A stretch of DNA of 64,000 bases from Anaeramoeba ignava BMAN. Lineage: Eukaryota; Protista; Anaeramoebae. The DNA is taken from NCBI GenBank assembly GCA_028826165.1, contig JAPDFW010000081.1, positions 744,001 to 808,000 on the forward strand, in the 5' to 3' direction. The notes under the pieces were generated by a model, which was given only the letters and a program-made list of their open reading frames with translations, was not told the DNA's origin and made no database searches. This document shows positions 13,309 through 25,604 of the stretch, piece by piece; the first letter of the stretch is position 1, and each line of letters starts with the position of its first letter. The position numbers were made by a program, and so were the translations under genes.

Positions 13309-13872
13309 TTATAAAATTAAGCATCTCTTTTTTTTTGGAGGTTTTGGACCAAGTTGAGGAGATTCACCAGCCATTGAACGAATTCTTTTTGTGATACTAT
13401 GAAAAATTTCATCAACATTATGACGAAGTTTAGCAGAAGTTTCGATATACAAACAATTCAAAACTTTTGCATAATTTTCAGCTTCTTTGCGAGTAACTTG
13501 ACGCAAAGATTCTTGATCAGATTTATTTCCAACAAGAACTAACGGAAATTCATTAGTTTCTTTTGCTTTTTGTATTTGTTCAATAAAATTAGGGACTTCG
13601 TCAAAAGAATCTTTACTTGAAATGGCAAAAACAACAAGAAAACCGTCTCCTGAACGAAGATGTGTGTCTCGAATAACTGCATATTCTTCTTGTCCGGCTG
13701 TGTCTAAAATGTCAAGATTTACTACTTGTTCATCTACTTGAACTTGTCTTCTATATGAATCTTCAATTGTCGCTTCATATACTTCTATAAATTTACTGTG
13801 AACAAATTGTATTGTTAATGCTGTTTTGCCAACTCCTCCTCCTCCTACTACTACTACTTTATATGATGGCAT
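13309..13872 (-). CDS. Ras-family small GTPase, intronless
   Basis: YKVVVVGGGGVGKT, TIEDSY, DTAGQEEY, NKSD, ETSAK, polybasic tail and CaaX CLIL. Confidence 0.93.
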   Translation of the reverse strand: MPSYKVVVVGGGGVGKTALTIQFVHSKFIEVYEATIEDSYRRQVQVDEQVVNLDILDTAGQEEYAVIRDTHLRSGDGFLVVFAISSKDSFDEVPNFIEQIQKAKETNEFPLVLVGNKSDQESLRQVTRKEAENYAKVLNCLYIETSAKLRHNVDEIFHSITKRIRSMAGESPQLGPKPPKKKRCLIL

Positions 13873-14598
13873 TTTGATTTATTATTATTTTTTTTATTAT
13901 TTAAAATTTCTTTTTATTTTATTTTTTGCTTTTTTTTCTTTTTGAAAAATTTTTTTATTATTTTATTTTTTGTTTTGTTAATTTCCTTTTTTTGTTTTTG
14001 TTTTTTGTTTTTGTTTTTTGGAAAGTTTTTATTTCAAAAAAAATGAATGAAAAAAAAATGAAAAAAAAAAATGAAAAAAAAAATTTAATTTAAAAAATTA
14101 TTTTTTTTTTTGATTTAAATTTAGAGAAATTGGATTATTGAATTTTTAATTAATTTTAAATTAAAATAAAAAAAGCAATTTTTATCTTATTTTATTTTAT
14201 CTTATTTTAACCCTTTTCCACTTTAATTTATTTTAAATCTCTTTTCCCTTTTTTAATTTTTATTTTTTAATTTTTATTTGCTATTTAATTCTTTAATCCA
14301 ATCAATATTAAAAAAAAAATTTAAATTTTGAAATTAAATTAAAATTAAAAAAAAAAAGCAAATTTTCGAAAGGGAATGTTATTTGTTGTTATTTTTATTG
14401 TTTTTATTGTTTTTATTGTTTATGTTGTAATTGTTTTTTTTTGTTTTTTTTTTAAAGATCAAAAAAATAAAAAAACAAAAATAAAAAATCATTTTTTTTC
14501 TTTTTTTTTTGTCATTTTTTATTATAAATTATTTATCAAATTTTTTTTTTTTCCTTTTGTTTGTTTTTAAATAATTAATAATTAATAATTTTTATGAT

Positions 14599-17396
14599 AT
14601 GTTTTTACGTTTTAAAAGAGCATTAATATTTACATTTATTTTGGATATTACATTGACAGTTGCATTTTTCTTTTTATCAGGAATTAAAAATTTAGACAAA
14701 TTTCTTTCGGCAGAATTTGGTGACTATTCAATAAAAGATTCTGTTATTGATTTGGTTGTAATTTTTACTATTTTTTATTTTGTTATTTTTCAATTAAATT
14801 TACAAATTCGAATTCAAATTCAAATTCAAATTAACCCCTTAAATTAATTCTTAATTGAATTTATCAATCCCCATTAATTTAAAAAAAAAATTATAACATG
14901 AATTCAATTTAAAAATATCAAAATATATGCATTAATATTTAAATAATACTCAAAAAAATAAGATGAGAAAAAATTCAAATAAATTAAAAAATCCAAATAA
15001 TCAAAAAAAAAGTGCCAAATCATTAGTTTGGATAATAAAATATAAATCATTTTATTATTCAAAATTTAATATTCAAAATTTAATATACAATATTTAATAT
15101 ACAATATTTAATATACAATATTTAATATTCAAATATCTAATATTCAATATTTAATATTCAATATTCAAAATAATCAAAAAAAAAGTGCCAAATCATTAGT
15201 TTGAATAATAAAATATAAATCATTTTATTATTCAAAATTTAATATAAAATTCTAATATTCAATATTTAATATCCAATATTCAATATTCTAATATCCAATA
15301 TTCTAAATTCTAATATTCAAATATCCAATATTCAATATTCAATATCCAATATTCTAATATTCAATTCTAATATTCAATATTCAATATTTAATATTTTTTA
15401 TATTATAGATTCTTTCAGTCATTCGAAGTATTTTTTTTGTTGTTTTCTATCTTGTTTCATTAAAAAGATCAGTACTTCCAGCATTTATTATGTGCATAAT
15501 TTCTGTAATGGTTGTTTTATGGAAAGCACCATTTTACTTCAAACAATCACCATTAAATTATCTATTTCAAGATACATTAATTGGAGTTACAGTAATAGTA
15601 TCAGTAACAGAAACATTAGTTGTTCATTTTGCAAATAAAAGAATTTTAGAAGAAGAAGATGTGCTAATTCCACTTATTCAAGATCAAAATCAAATTCTTC
15701 TCAGCAAACGTTTTATAATGACTGAAAGAGCCAATTTCCCACAATATGTTTCTTTTTCGCAACACAAAAACTTCTCTTTATTTGAGTCATATACTTTGCG
15801 TGCACGTCATCCTACAAAACCTATTTGTTTTTGGATCAAATATTCGATTACCTCTCCAAAAAATAGGCAGTGTGATGGATATGGTGAAGTTTGGGGAGTG
15901 CTTTTTTCAACGTAAATTCAAATCCAAATTCAAAATTAAATTTAAAATTAAATCCAAATCCAAATTCAAATTAAATTCAAAATTAAATTCAAAATTAAAT
16001 TCAAAATTAAATTCAAAATTAAATTCAAAATTAAATTTAAAAATTAAATTTAAAATTAAATCCAAATTCAAATTAAATTCAAAATCAAAATAAAATATAA
16101 TCCAAAATTAAATTCAAAATTCAAAATTAAAATAAAATATAATCCAAAATTAAATTCAAAATTAATAGAACAAAATCACCACAAATTATTATTCGTCAAG
16201 AAGTTCCTTTGCAAGAAATTAAATTCCCAAAACGTAAATTTAATATTACTTTCGGAACTAATAGAATGTCTTCAGTTGGAGCCTCTGGATTAATCAAAGA
16301 AGGTCAAGGAAATGGATTTTATCATCCAAAAAATCACGACACAGTTTCCACTCCAAAAAAAACAGAAATTGAAATGGATATTATTACAAATTTACAAGAT
16401 ACAAAACCAATTCAAAACGATTTTGAAACACTTTCTTTATCTTCTGATCCAGAAAATCTGAACTTATCAATTAAACAAAATTACGAAACAACAAATCAAA
16501 ATGAAATTTCATTAAATGAGAATGAAAATGATGAAAATAACGAAAATAATCAAAATAATGAAAATAACCCAAAAAATAATCAAAATGAAATTCAAATTCC
16601 AAATGATAATGATAAGAATAAGAATGAGAATAAGAATGATTTCAAAATTTATGAATGTGGAAAAAATATCAATACAATACAAGTCAAAGATATCCTGCAA
16701 CAAAAAAAACCTTCAATATTTTCATGGGATATTTCATACGAGTCACAAGTCGAGCCAGTATTTCTCTACGAAGAAGCCTTTTACAAAAACATAAAAAACT
16801 TCGAAAACGTGATAGTATGCTCTACACCACTTGCACAATTTGGAGGAGTAATCACTTATTGCGATGAGGAATTTTCAATTGATGGATTTGAGGGTTCACA
16901 AAGTCATGGATGGGGGAATTCATATACACCAGGACAAGTTTGGGGACAAGTAATGGGATTTGAGCAAAATTCGCAAACTTTTTTGGAAATCATCTCAACT
17001 TCTGTTACTGTTAGCTGCGTGACAAAAAAAGTGTTTCTTCTTGTAATGGGTCATAATAATAAAGTTATTCGTCTCAATTCGTTGTTTAGAGGAAATCATG
17101 CTGAATCCCATTCGGGATTTGTTGGTGATTCGTTCAAGTGGGAATTTCATACTGAATCAAATAGATCTTCTTTTCGTGGTGTTGTTACTGCTGAGAAAAA
17201 TTCTTTTCTTGCAATTAGTTCTCTTGATCCAAAAGGAGGTTATATTCATCACCTGATTTCTGAAAATGCTTCTTGTGATTTAATAATCACAAATAAGAAA
17301 ACTCAACATAAAGAAAAGCTTACAGTTTCAAAAAGATTTTCTATTGAAATTACAGTTGATGATGTTGTTGATGGAATTCCTATTTTTGTTCTTTGA
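14599..17396 (+). CDS. Fusion of an N-terminal 4-TM MENTAL-like domain and a bacterial-type tocopherol cyclase/AttH-like domain (~629 aa); exons 14599-14757, 15409-15911, 16169-17396
   Basis: GT-AG introns 14758-15408 and 15912-16168 join three ORFs in frame. N-term: KRALIFTFILD..EFGDYSIKDSVIDLVILSVIR..SVMVVLWK..VTET. C-term: FESYTLRARHP..FWIKYSI..GEVWGV, SWDISY, GSQSHGWG..WGQVMGF, LDPKGG. Gene model is solid; domain names are from recall. Confidence 0.75.
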
Positions 17397-17668
17397 AAAG
17401 CAAAAATGATTTTTATTTTTTATTTTTTATTTTTTTATTTTTTATTAAAATAAAGAATAAAAGTTTTTTATTTTTATTTTTGGAGATTTTATTATTATGA
17501 AAAAAAAAATGTAAAAAAAAAAAAGAAAAAAGGAAATCAAATTTTGTATTAATGAGAAAAAATTAGAATGATTTTTTGTTTTTGAATTGAAACGGATTAA
17601 CTTTAAAAAAGAAAAGTAAAATATTATTGAAAAAAAAAAATTATTTTTTTTTGGTTCTTTCTAAATGC

Positions 17669-19476
17669 TTATTTCTTTTTCTTCAAATTAATTTTTTTAA
17701 GATAAAAATCAAGTTCTTGACCCTCTAAAATATAACCATCAGCTCTTCCACATTGACCTGGTCTAGAAGAGATAGCAGCATAAAGTTTTCCGTCATGGAA
17801 TTGTTCAATAAGAGCTTGTTCAAGTTCGTGATTTTGTCTTCTGTGTTTTTTTTTTCTATAAATGGTTTTTGAAAGTGATTTGCCTTTCTTTTTGTGTTTT
17901 TTTGCTTTCTTTTCTTCCTTCTTTTCGTCTTTCTTTTCTTCCTTCTTTTCGTCTTTTTTTTCATCTTCTTTCTTTTCGTCTTTTTTTTCATCTTCTTTCT
18001 TTTCATCTTCTTTCTTTTCATCTTTTTTTTCTTTGTTATCTTTTGAGCTTTTTGGTAATCCTTTAATTAAGTTTTGTCTTTCCAATCTTTTCTTCTTTTT
18101 CAATTTAAGTTTTTTTTGAAGTTTTTTGGTTTTTAAAATTCGCTTTTTCTTAAGAAGTCGTTTAATTTTTTCGATTCTTCTTTGTTTTGCTTCTTTTTTC
18201 TTTTGTTTGAAAAGTTTAGATTTCGATTTCGATTTCTCATCTTTTTTTTCGACTTTTGTTTCTTCTTTCATGTCAACGTCTTTTGTTTCTTCTTTCTTGT
18301 CAGTGTCTTTTTTTTCTTCTTCTTTCTTTTCTTTTTTAGCGTTGAGAAGTTTTTCCTTCAATTTTGTTTTTTTGAGTTCTTTTAATCTTCTCTGTTAATG
18401 ACAAAAAAAAAACAAGAAATATATAAGTCAAATTGTCTTTTTTTTTTGAAAAAACATGAAAAAAAAATTTTTTAAAAAATAATAAAAACCTTTTCATTCA
18501 TATCTTTACGGATTTTTTCACCATAATGTTGTTCATACCATTGTTTAAATGGTGTAGCATCAATTTGAACAATTGCACTTTTAACGAGAGTTTTTGTTCT
18601 GACAAGTTCATTATTAGAAGCATTATAAACAACATCAAGGATGTTAGTTTTACGAGAAATAGCTAAAAAATTTCATTAATTTTTATAAATGAATTTTAAT
18701 TTTAAATTTTTATAAATGAATTTTAATTTTAAATTTTTATAAATGAATTTTAATTTTTATAAATGATTTTAATTTTAATTTTGATATTAATTTTATAATT
18801 TAATTTTAATTTTAATTTTAATTTTATAATTTAATTTTAATTTTATAATTTAATTTTAATTTTAATTTTAATTTTAGTTTTAATTTTAATTTTAATTTTA
18901 ATTCAGATTTTAATTTTCATTTTAATTTTAATTTTAATTTTAATTTTAAATTGAATTTTAATTTTAATTTTAATTTTATAATTTAATTTTAAATTTAATT
19001 TTAAATTTAATTTTATATTTTAATTTTAAATTTAATTTTAAATTTAATTTTATAATTTAATTTTATATTTTAATTTTAATTTTATAAATGATTTTAATTT
19101 TAATTTAATTTTAATTTTATAAATAAATTTTAATTTTAAATTTAATTTTAATTTTATAAATGATTTTAATTTTAATTTTAAATTGAATTTTAATTTTATA
19201 AATGATTTTATAAATGAATTTTAATTTTAGTTTTAATTTATTTTCATTCAATTAAAATAATCTACCTTCAGTTCCCCAAGAGAAATTGCCACTATTAAGA
19301 CGTAAAGCTCTAAATTTTTGATTTCCACCACGAACTCTAACTAAACGAATTCTTTTTTCACCAAGTTTAGTGTTTGCTGCAGGTCTTCCCATTGTGTGTT
19401 TTCTTTTCTTTCTCCATTGTGATTTCTTTGCTCCAGTAAGTCTTTTTTTATGGTCGGAATCTCTACTAATTCCCAT
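17669..19476 (-). CDS. RPS8: 40S ribosomal protein eS8 with a ~160-aa Lys/Glu-rich insertion (~368 aa); exons 19476-19266, 18662-18490, 18391-17669
   Basis: [29 protein letters not shown]; [36 protein letters not shown]; [24 protein letters not shown]. Confidence 0.95.
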
Positions 19477-19685
19477 TCTAACTTTCTAGAAATTTTTTTT
19501 TAAAAAAAAAATGAAAATTATTTAAAAAAAAAATTTTTTTTTCTTTTTTTTTTTTTTATTTTTTTTTATCATAATTAGTCATTTAAAAAATTAAATTACT
19601 CATTTTTACAAAAGAAGAAAAAATTAATTTAAATTTAAATTAAAAATTTTTTCATTTTTCTTTTTTTCTTTTTAAAAATAAAATA

Positions 19686-22230
19686 ATGAATACTTTTCTT
19701 CCTTGTTTTTCTCAAGAAAATGGAAAACAAATTCTTCATCAATTTAATCAAGATATTATTGAAATTTCTTCAGGAAATTTAACTACTTTAATTACAATTA
19801 AAGAAGGAAATGTTTATCAATATTCTGAAAGAAATTCACCATCAATTTTAAAATTAGATATTTCAAATATAAAACAAGCAAAAGTTGGTTTTAGTCATTT
19901 TATTTTATTAACAAATGATGGTATTGTATTTGGAAAAGGTTCAACTAGATCAGCTTATGGAAGATCACAAAATGATAAACTAGATTTAAATTATCCAAGT
20001 ATATTGAATCAAATGTCAAATATCAAATATTAATTTTGAAATGAATTTTATAAATGAATTTTAATTTTAATATTAATTTTATAAATGAATATTAGTTTTG
20101 ATTTTAATATTAATTTTAATTTTAATTTTAATTTTAATTTTAATTTTAATTTTAATTTTAATTTTAATTTTAATTTTAATTTTAATTTTAATTTTAATTT
20201 TAATTTTAATTTTAATTTTAATTTTAATTTTAATTTTAATTTTAATTTTAATTTTTAATTTAATTTTAATTTTAATTTTAATTTTAATTTTAATTTAATT
20301 TTAATTTTTAATTTTATAAATGAATTTTAATTTTAATTTTAATTTTAATTTTAATTTTAATTTTAATTTTAATTTTAATTTTAATTTTGATTTTGATTTT
20401 AATTTTAATTTTAATTTTAATTTTAATTTTAATTTTAATTTTAATTTTAATTTAATTTTAATTTTAATTTATAAATGAATTTTAATTTATAAATGAATTT
20501 TAATTTTAATTTAGATGACCCATTTTATGAAATTGAATTTTTTAAGCAAAATCACATTTTTATCAAAGCAATAAAAGCAGGATGTTGTCAATCGTATTTT
20601 CTCACTAACCAAGACGATCTTTATGCATGCGGAGTAAATTCAAACGGAGATTGTGGAATCAAAGAATTCATCAGCAAAATCACAGAACCTAAGCTAATAT
20701 ACAAAGGAGTTAAAAGAGTATTCAGTGAAGATTATTCATTTTTTATGTTTTTTGAAGATTTAGAAGGAAATTTTTTTGCTTCAGGAAGAAACGAAGCATC
20801 TCAACTTGGAATTGGAACAAACACTCCACCAAAAGGACCCACAAAAGTTCCTCAATTAAGTGGACAAAGAGTTATTGATATTTCATGTGGATATCAACAT
20901 TCAGCTGCAGTTATTGAGGATGAACTTGGTTTCCATCAAATTTGGATTGCTGGTGGTTCTTTTAAACCTGATGATCGTTTATTTAGAAAAGTCCAAAATT
21001 TTGATTCACAAAAAGTTTTGAATATTTCTTCTCATTGTTGGACTGGAGTATTATTAACAGCCAAAGGAGAACTTTTTATTTTTTCCAAATTCAAAGATTT
21101 TCATCCTCAACCTCTTGATTTTCTTTATCCTTATTCAAATTATCTTTCTTTTTATCGCATTGAAATTGGTTCTTCTTCTATTATTTATCCTGCTTTTATT
21201 TACAAAAGTTTTTTAATTCAAGATCTTGAAAATTTGTTACAAAATAGAATTTTGACAGATATTTCAATACAATCAATTGATAATAAGTTTATTTCTGCAC
21301 ATAAAATTATAATTCTAAAAAGGTTATGTGAAAATTATGAAAATCAAAATGAAAATGAAAATGAAAATCAAAAATGAAAAAGAAAATCAAAATGAAAAAG
21401 AAAATCAAAATGAAAATCAAAATCAAAATCAAAATCAAAATGCAAAATCAAAATCAAAATGAAAATGAAAATCAAAATCAAAATCAAAATGAAAAAGAAA
21501 ATCAAAATGAAAAAGAAAATCAAAATCAAAATCAAAATCAAAATCAAAATGAAAAAGAAAATCAAAATCAAAATGAAAATGAAAACGAAAATCAAAATCA
21601 AAATGAAAAAGAAAATCAAAATCAAAATCAATGAAAATGAAAATGAAAATGAAAATGAAAATGAAAATGAAAATGAAAATGAAAATGAAAATGAAAATCA
21701 AAATCAAAATCAAAATCAAAATCAAATCACTTTTGAAAAAATTATTCAATACTTAAATAAAAAAACTGCTCAGGAAATCGAAAACATATTAACTTTTATA
21801 TATACAGGAGAAATTATCAATTTTAATCAAATTCAAACAATGGGAATAGAACTAAGGAATTGATAATTTTATTGAAAAATATGGAGGAAATGACAAAGTG
21901 GAGAAAATTATTCAAAAAATGTTCAATGATGAATCAACAAAAAATTTTACAATTATTGTTCAGGATCAAGAAATTCATGTTCATAAATTTATTTTGTTTG
22001 CTCGAAGTGAATTATTTCAAGGAATGTTTTTGAATGTTGTTAATGATCTTTCAAACAAAGTATCAGATTATACTGGAAGAACTTATTCTCAAATTAATTC
22101 AATCATTAGAATCTTATATTTTGATAAATTTGATTCTGAAACAGATTCAGAAGTTATTGATGATTTTCAAGATATAATTGATTATTATCAATTAAATTCA
22201 AGATTTATTGAATTATTAAATCAAAAATAA
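19686..22230 (+). CDS. RCC1-repeat + tandem BTB/POZ protein; intron 19999-20514; apparent frameshifts near 21370, 21630 and 21855
   Basis: RCC1 motifs (KVGFSHFILLTNDG, ACGVNSNGDCG, SGRNEASQLGIG, DISCGYQHS); BTB motifs (TDISI..SAHKIII; NFTIIV..HVHKFILFARSELFQGMF..FD..DIIDYYQL). Confidence 0.85.
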
Positions 22231-22492
22231 TAGTCTTATTCAAAAATGATTTGTTTGTATTTCTTTGAAAACAAAAATTTGTAGATTTTATAAAATACTT
22301 ATTAATCAAAATGATTGATTTTTTTTTGGATTTATTTTTTATTGAAAAAAAATTTTTTTGTGGAAAGAAAAACAAGATGAAAATCAAAACTTGATTTTCA
22401 AATTAGAATCAATTAAAATTAATTTAATTGAAATTGGATTTGAAATTGAAATTGAAATTGGATTTGAAATTGGAATTGGATTTGAAATGGAT

Positions 22493-24491
22493 TTAAAAAT
22501 CTGAGTCTTCAATATCAACTTCTTCAAATAATTCGTCTACCATTGGTTTAAGTTTTTGAATCAAAACGTTTTGTTTCTTCATTCTTTCGTTCAAAAACTT
22601 ATTTGTTTCAATAATAGTTTTTGTTTGTTCTCTTTCAACATCCAATTCCCTTAATCTTTTTTGCAAATGAGATTCGAGTTCTGAATATTTACTTCTGTTA
22701 GCTTTTCTTTCTTTTTCAATTTTAGAATGAAGTTTTTGAATATGTTCGTTTCTAGTCTTAATAGCAGAATCAAAACAGGTCTCAAGATCATTAAGAAGAG
22801 AAACCATTTTCTTTTCGAGTTCAATATTATCACTTGATCTTGCATATTCTTTTAATCGATCAATAATATCTTGATGATTATCATCTTCTGGAACAACTAA
22901 ATTTTGAAGTTTTGTACTCATTTCATTTGTGGATTGAGAAAATTGAGAACTTTCACTTGAATCATCGAATTTTGGTCGAAGAAGTGCTTCTGATGGTGCT
23001 GAAAAATTCCTTTCTGAATCTGTTTCTCTGGTACTTCTTTCTCTTCTTAGTTGTGTTGGTGTGTCAAGTTTTTCTTTTGTTTTTCTTATTCGAGTTGTCT
23101 TTCTTACTACTGCTTGAATTACTGGTTCTCCATCTAAGCTAATGAAAGAAGCCCATACATGTGCAAAGAAGTGATTTTGTTGCATATCTATATGTTCCCA
23201 ATCGAAATCGTAACAACCTTGTTCAGAACTTTTTAAATTGAAATTTTGATTTGATTATTAAATATTATTATTAAATATTATTATTAAATATTATTATTAA
23301 ATATTATTATTTAATATTATTATTATTAAATATTATTATTAAATATTATTAATTATTGAATATTATTATTAAATATTATTATTAAATATTATTATTATTA
23401 TTAAATATTATCATTTTGAATAACTTCAAATTTGATCAAAATTTCAAATAATCAAAATCAAATTCAAATAAATTTCAAATTTAATCAAAATTTCAAAATA
23501 TTAATCAAAAAAATAATTCAAATAAATTTCCAATCAAATTATTTCAAAAATAAAAATATCAAAATAATCAAATCAAATTAAATCAAATATCAAAATATTA
23601 AATTAAATTAAATCAAATTAAATTAAATTAAAATTAAATCAAATATTAAATTAAATTAAATTAAATTAAATCAAATATTAAATTTAAATTAAATTAAATT
23701 AAATTAAATTATTTCAAATTAAATCAAAATAATCAAATCAAATTAAATCAAATTACCAAAATATTAAATTAAATTAAATCAAATATTAAATTTAAATTAA
23801 ATTAAATTTAAATTAAATTATCAAATTAAATTAAATTAAATTAAATCAAATTACCAAAATATTAAATTATCAAAATAATCAAACAGAAATATAAAATGTG
23901 AAAATAGCAAATCACAAAAATGTCAAATTAAATTAAAATATTTATTCAAAAATTAAATTAAAATTCAAAAATTAAATTTATTCAAAAATTAAATTAAATC
24001 CAAAATAAATTAAATTAAATTAAATCCAAAATAATTCAAATATTTTATTCAACTATTGAATATATGAAAATATTCAAAATATTTAATTCAAATACTCAAA
24101 TATTCAAATAATTTATTTCAAATAAATCAAAGTATTTTATTAAAATAATTAATTCAAATATTCAATTCAAGTGATCAAAAGGAATTATTTTTTTTTTTGA
24201 AATAACTTACGTTATAGTTTTGTGTACACACTCCATTGCAGCTAAAGAAGAATCCTTACCCAAATGAGGTTGAGTTGGAGGAGAAAAAGCACTGATCCCA
24301 AAACCAATGATTTGATCTTTTGAGCGACCCCCCATCATTCTAACAAAAGAATCATTTGCAAAAACACACATTTCTTTCTGATCAACTATAACAATTGATT
24401 CTATTGTGTTTTCTAGTTTTTGAAAGTACTTCTTCTTTTTTCTTTTGGATATTTTTACTTGCGCTTTTGTTGGATCAAATGTATTCCCCAT
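22493..24491 (-). CDS. N-myristoylation-motif PAS-domain protein with C-terminal coiled coil; intron 24210-23229
   Basis: MGNTF plus polybasic stretch; PAS motif (ESIVIVD..VFANDSFVRMMG..DQIIG..FDWEH..VIQAVVR) split by an in-frame GT-AG intron; heptad-rich C-terminus. Confidence 0.8.
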
Positions 24492-24960
24492 TTCTGTTTT
24501 TAATTTTGTTTTAAATTTTTAAGTTTTTTAAAAAAAAAAAAATAACAAACTGTTTGATAAAATTTAAAAAGAAAAATGATTTGGATTAAAAAAAAAATTT
24601 TTTTCTTAATGATTTCTGATTTGGATTTTTTTTTTAAATCAAAAAATAAAAAGGAAAATAAAAAGGAAATTAAAAGGAAATTAAAAAGGAAAATAAAAGG
24701 AAATTAAAAGGAAATTTTTTAATTTAAATTTTGATCTATATAAAAATTTTTAATATATAAAAAAATATTAAAAATAATAAAAGAAATATATAAGAAAAAA
24801 TATGAATGAGTTAATAATTTTTATAAAAAATGAATAATTTTTTTATTTTTTTTATTTTTAATTTTTTTTTCATTTTTTTTCTCTTTTTCCTTTCTTTTAA
24901 TTTCTTTTTATTATTTTTAATTAGTCCGGAATAAAAAATTTATAATAAATATTATAAGGA

Positions 24961-25564
24961 ATGAGTGATTCAAGTGAATCAATTCCAAAATCACGAGTAG
25001 TTAAATATAGAGCAGAAAAAATAATTGGAAAAGGAGCTTTTGGATTAGTTTATAAAGCAACTGTTGTTGAAACTGGAGAAATAGTTGCAATAAAAAAAGT
25101 TCTTCAAGATCAAAGATATAAAGTAACGCTCAACAAAAAGCAAAAATTAAAATTAAAATTCATTTAAAATTAAAATTAAAATTAAAATTAAATCAAAATT
25201 AAAATTAAAATTAAAATTAAAATTAAAATTAAAATTCATTTATAAAATTAAAATTAAAATTAAAATTAAAATTAAAATTAAAATTCATTTATAAAATTAA
25301 AATTAAAATTAAAATTAAATTTAAAATTAAAATTCATTTATAAAATTAAAATTCATTTAAAATTAAAATTTAAATTAAAATTAAAATTAAATTTAAATTA
25401 AAATTAAAATCAAAATTAAAATTAAAATTAAAATTAAAATTAAAATTAAAATTAAAATTAAAATTAAAATTCATTTAAAATTAAAATTAAAATTAAAATT
25501 AAAATTAAAATTCATATTAAAATATAAAATTAAAATTAATATTAAAATTAAAATCAAAATCAAA

Positions 25565-25604
<40 letters not shown>

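Noticed and set aside
14376-14570. Short hydrophobic ORFs in intergenic T-rich DNA (also 39308-39866, 54787, 61862, 63468)
   Set aside because: Poly-T/poly-A composition artefacts in UTR/promoter regions
2010-21865. Programmed frameshifting or pseudogenes in the Kelch and RCC1-BTB genes
   Set aside because: All shifts are small indels in or beside homopolymer/repeat runs with intact domains on both sides; long-read consensus error is more parsimonious, though unproven without reads
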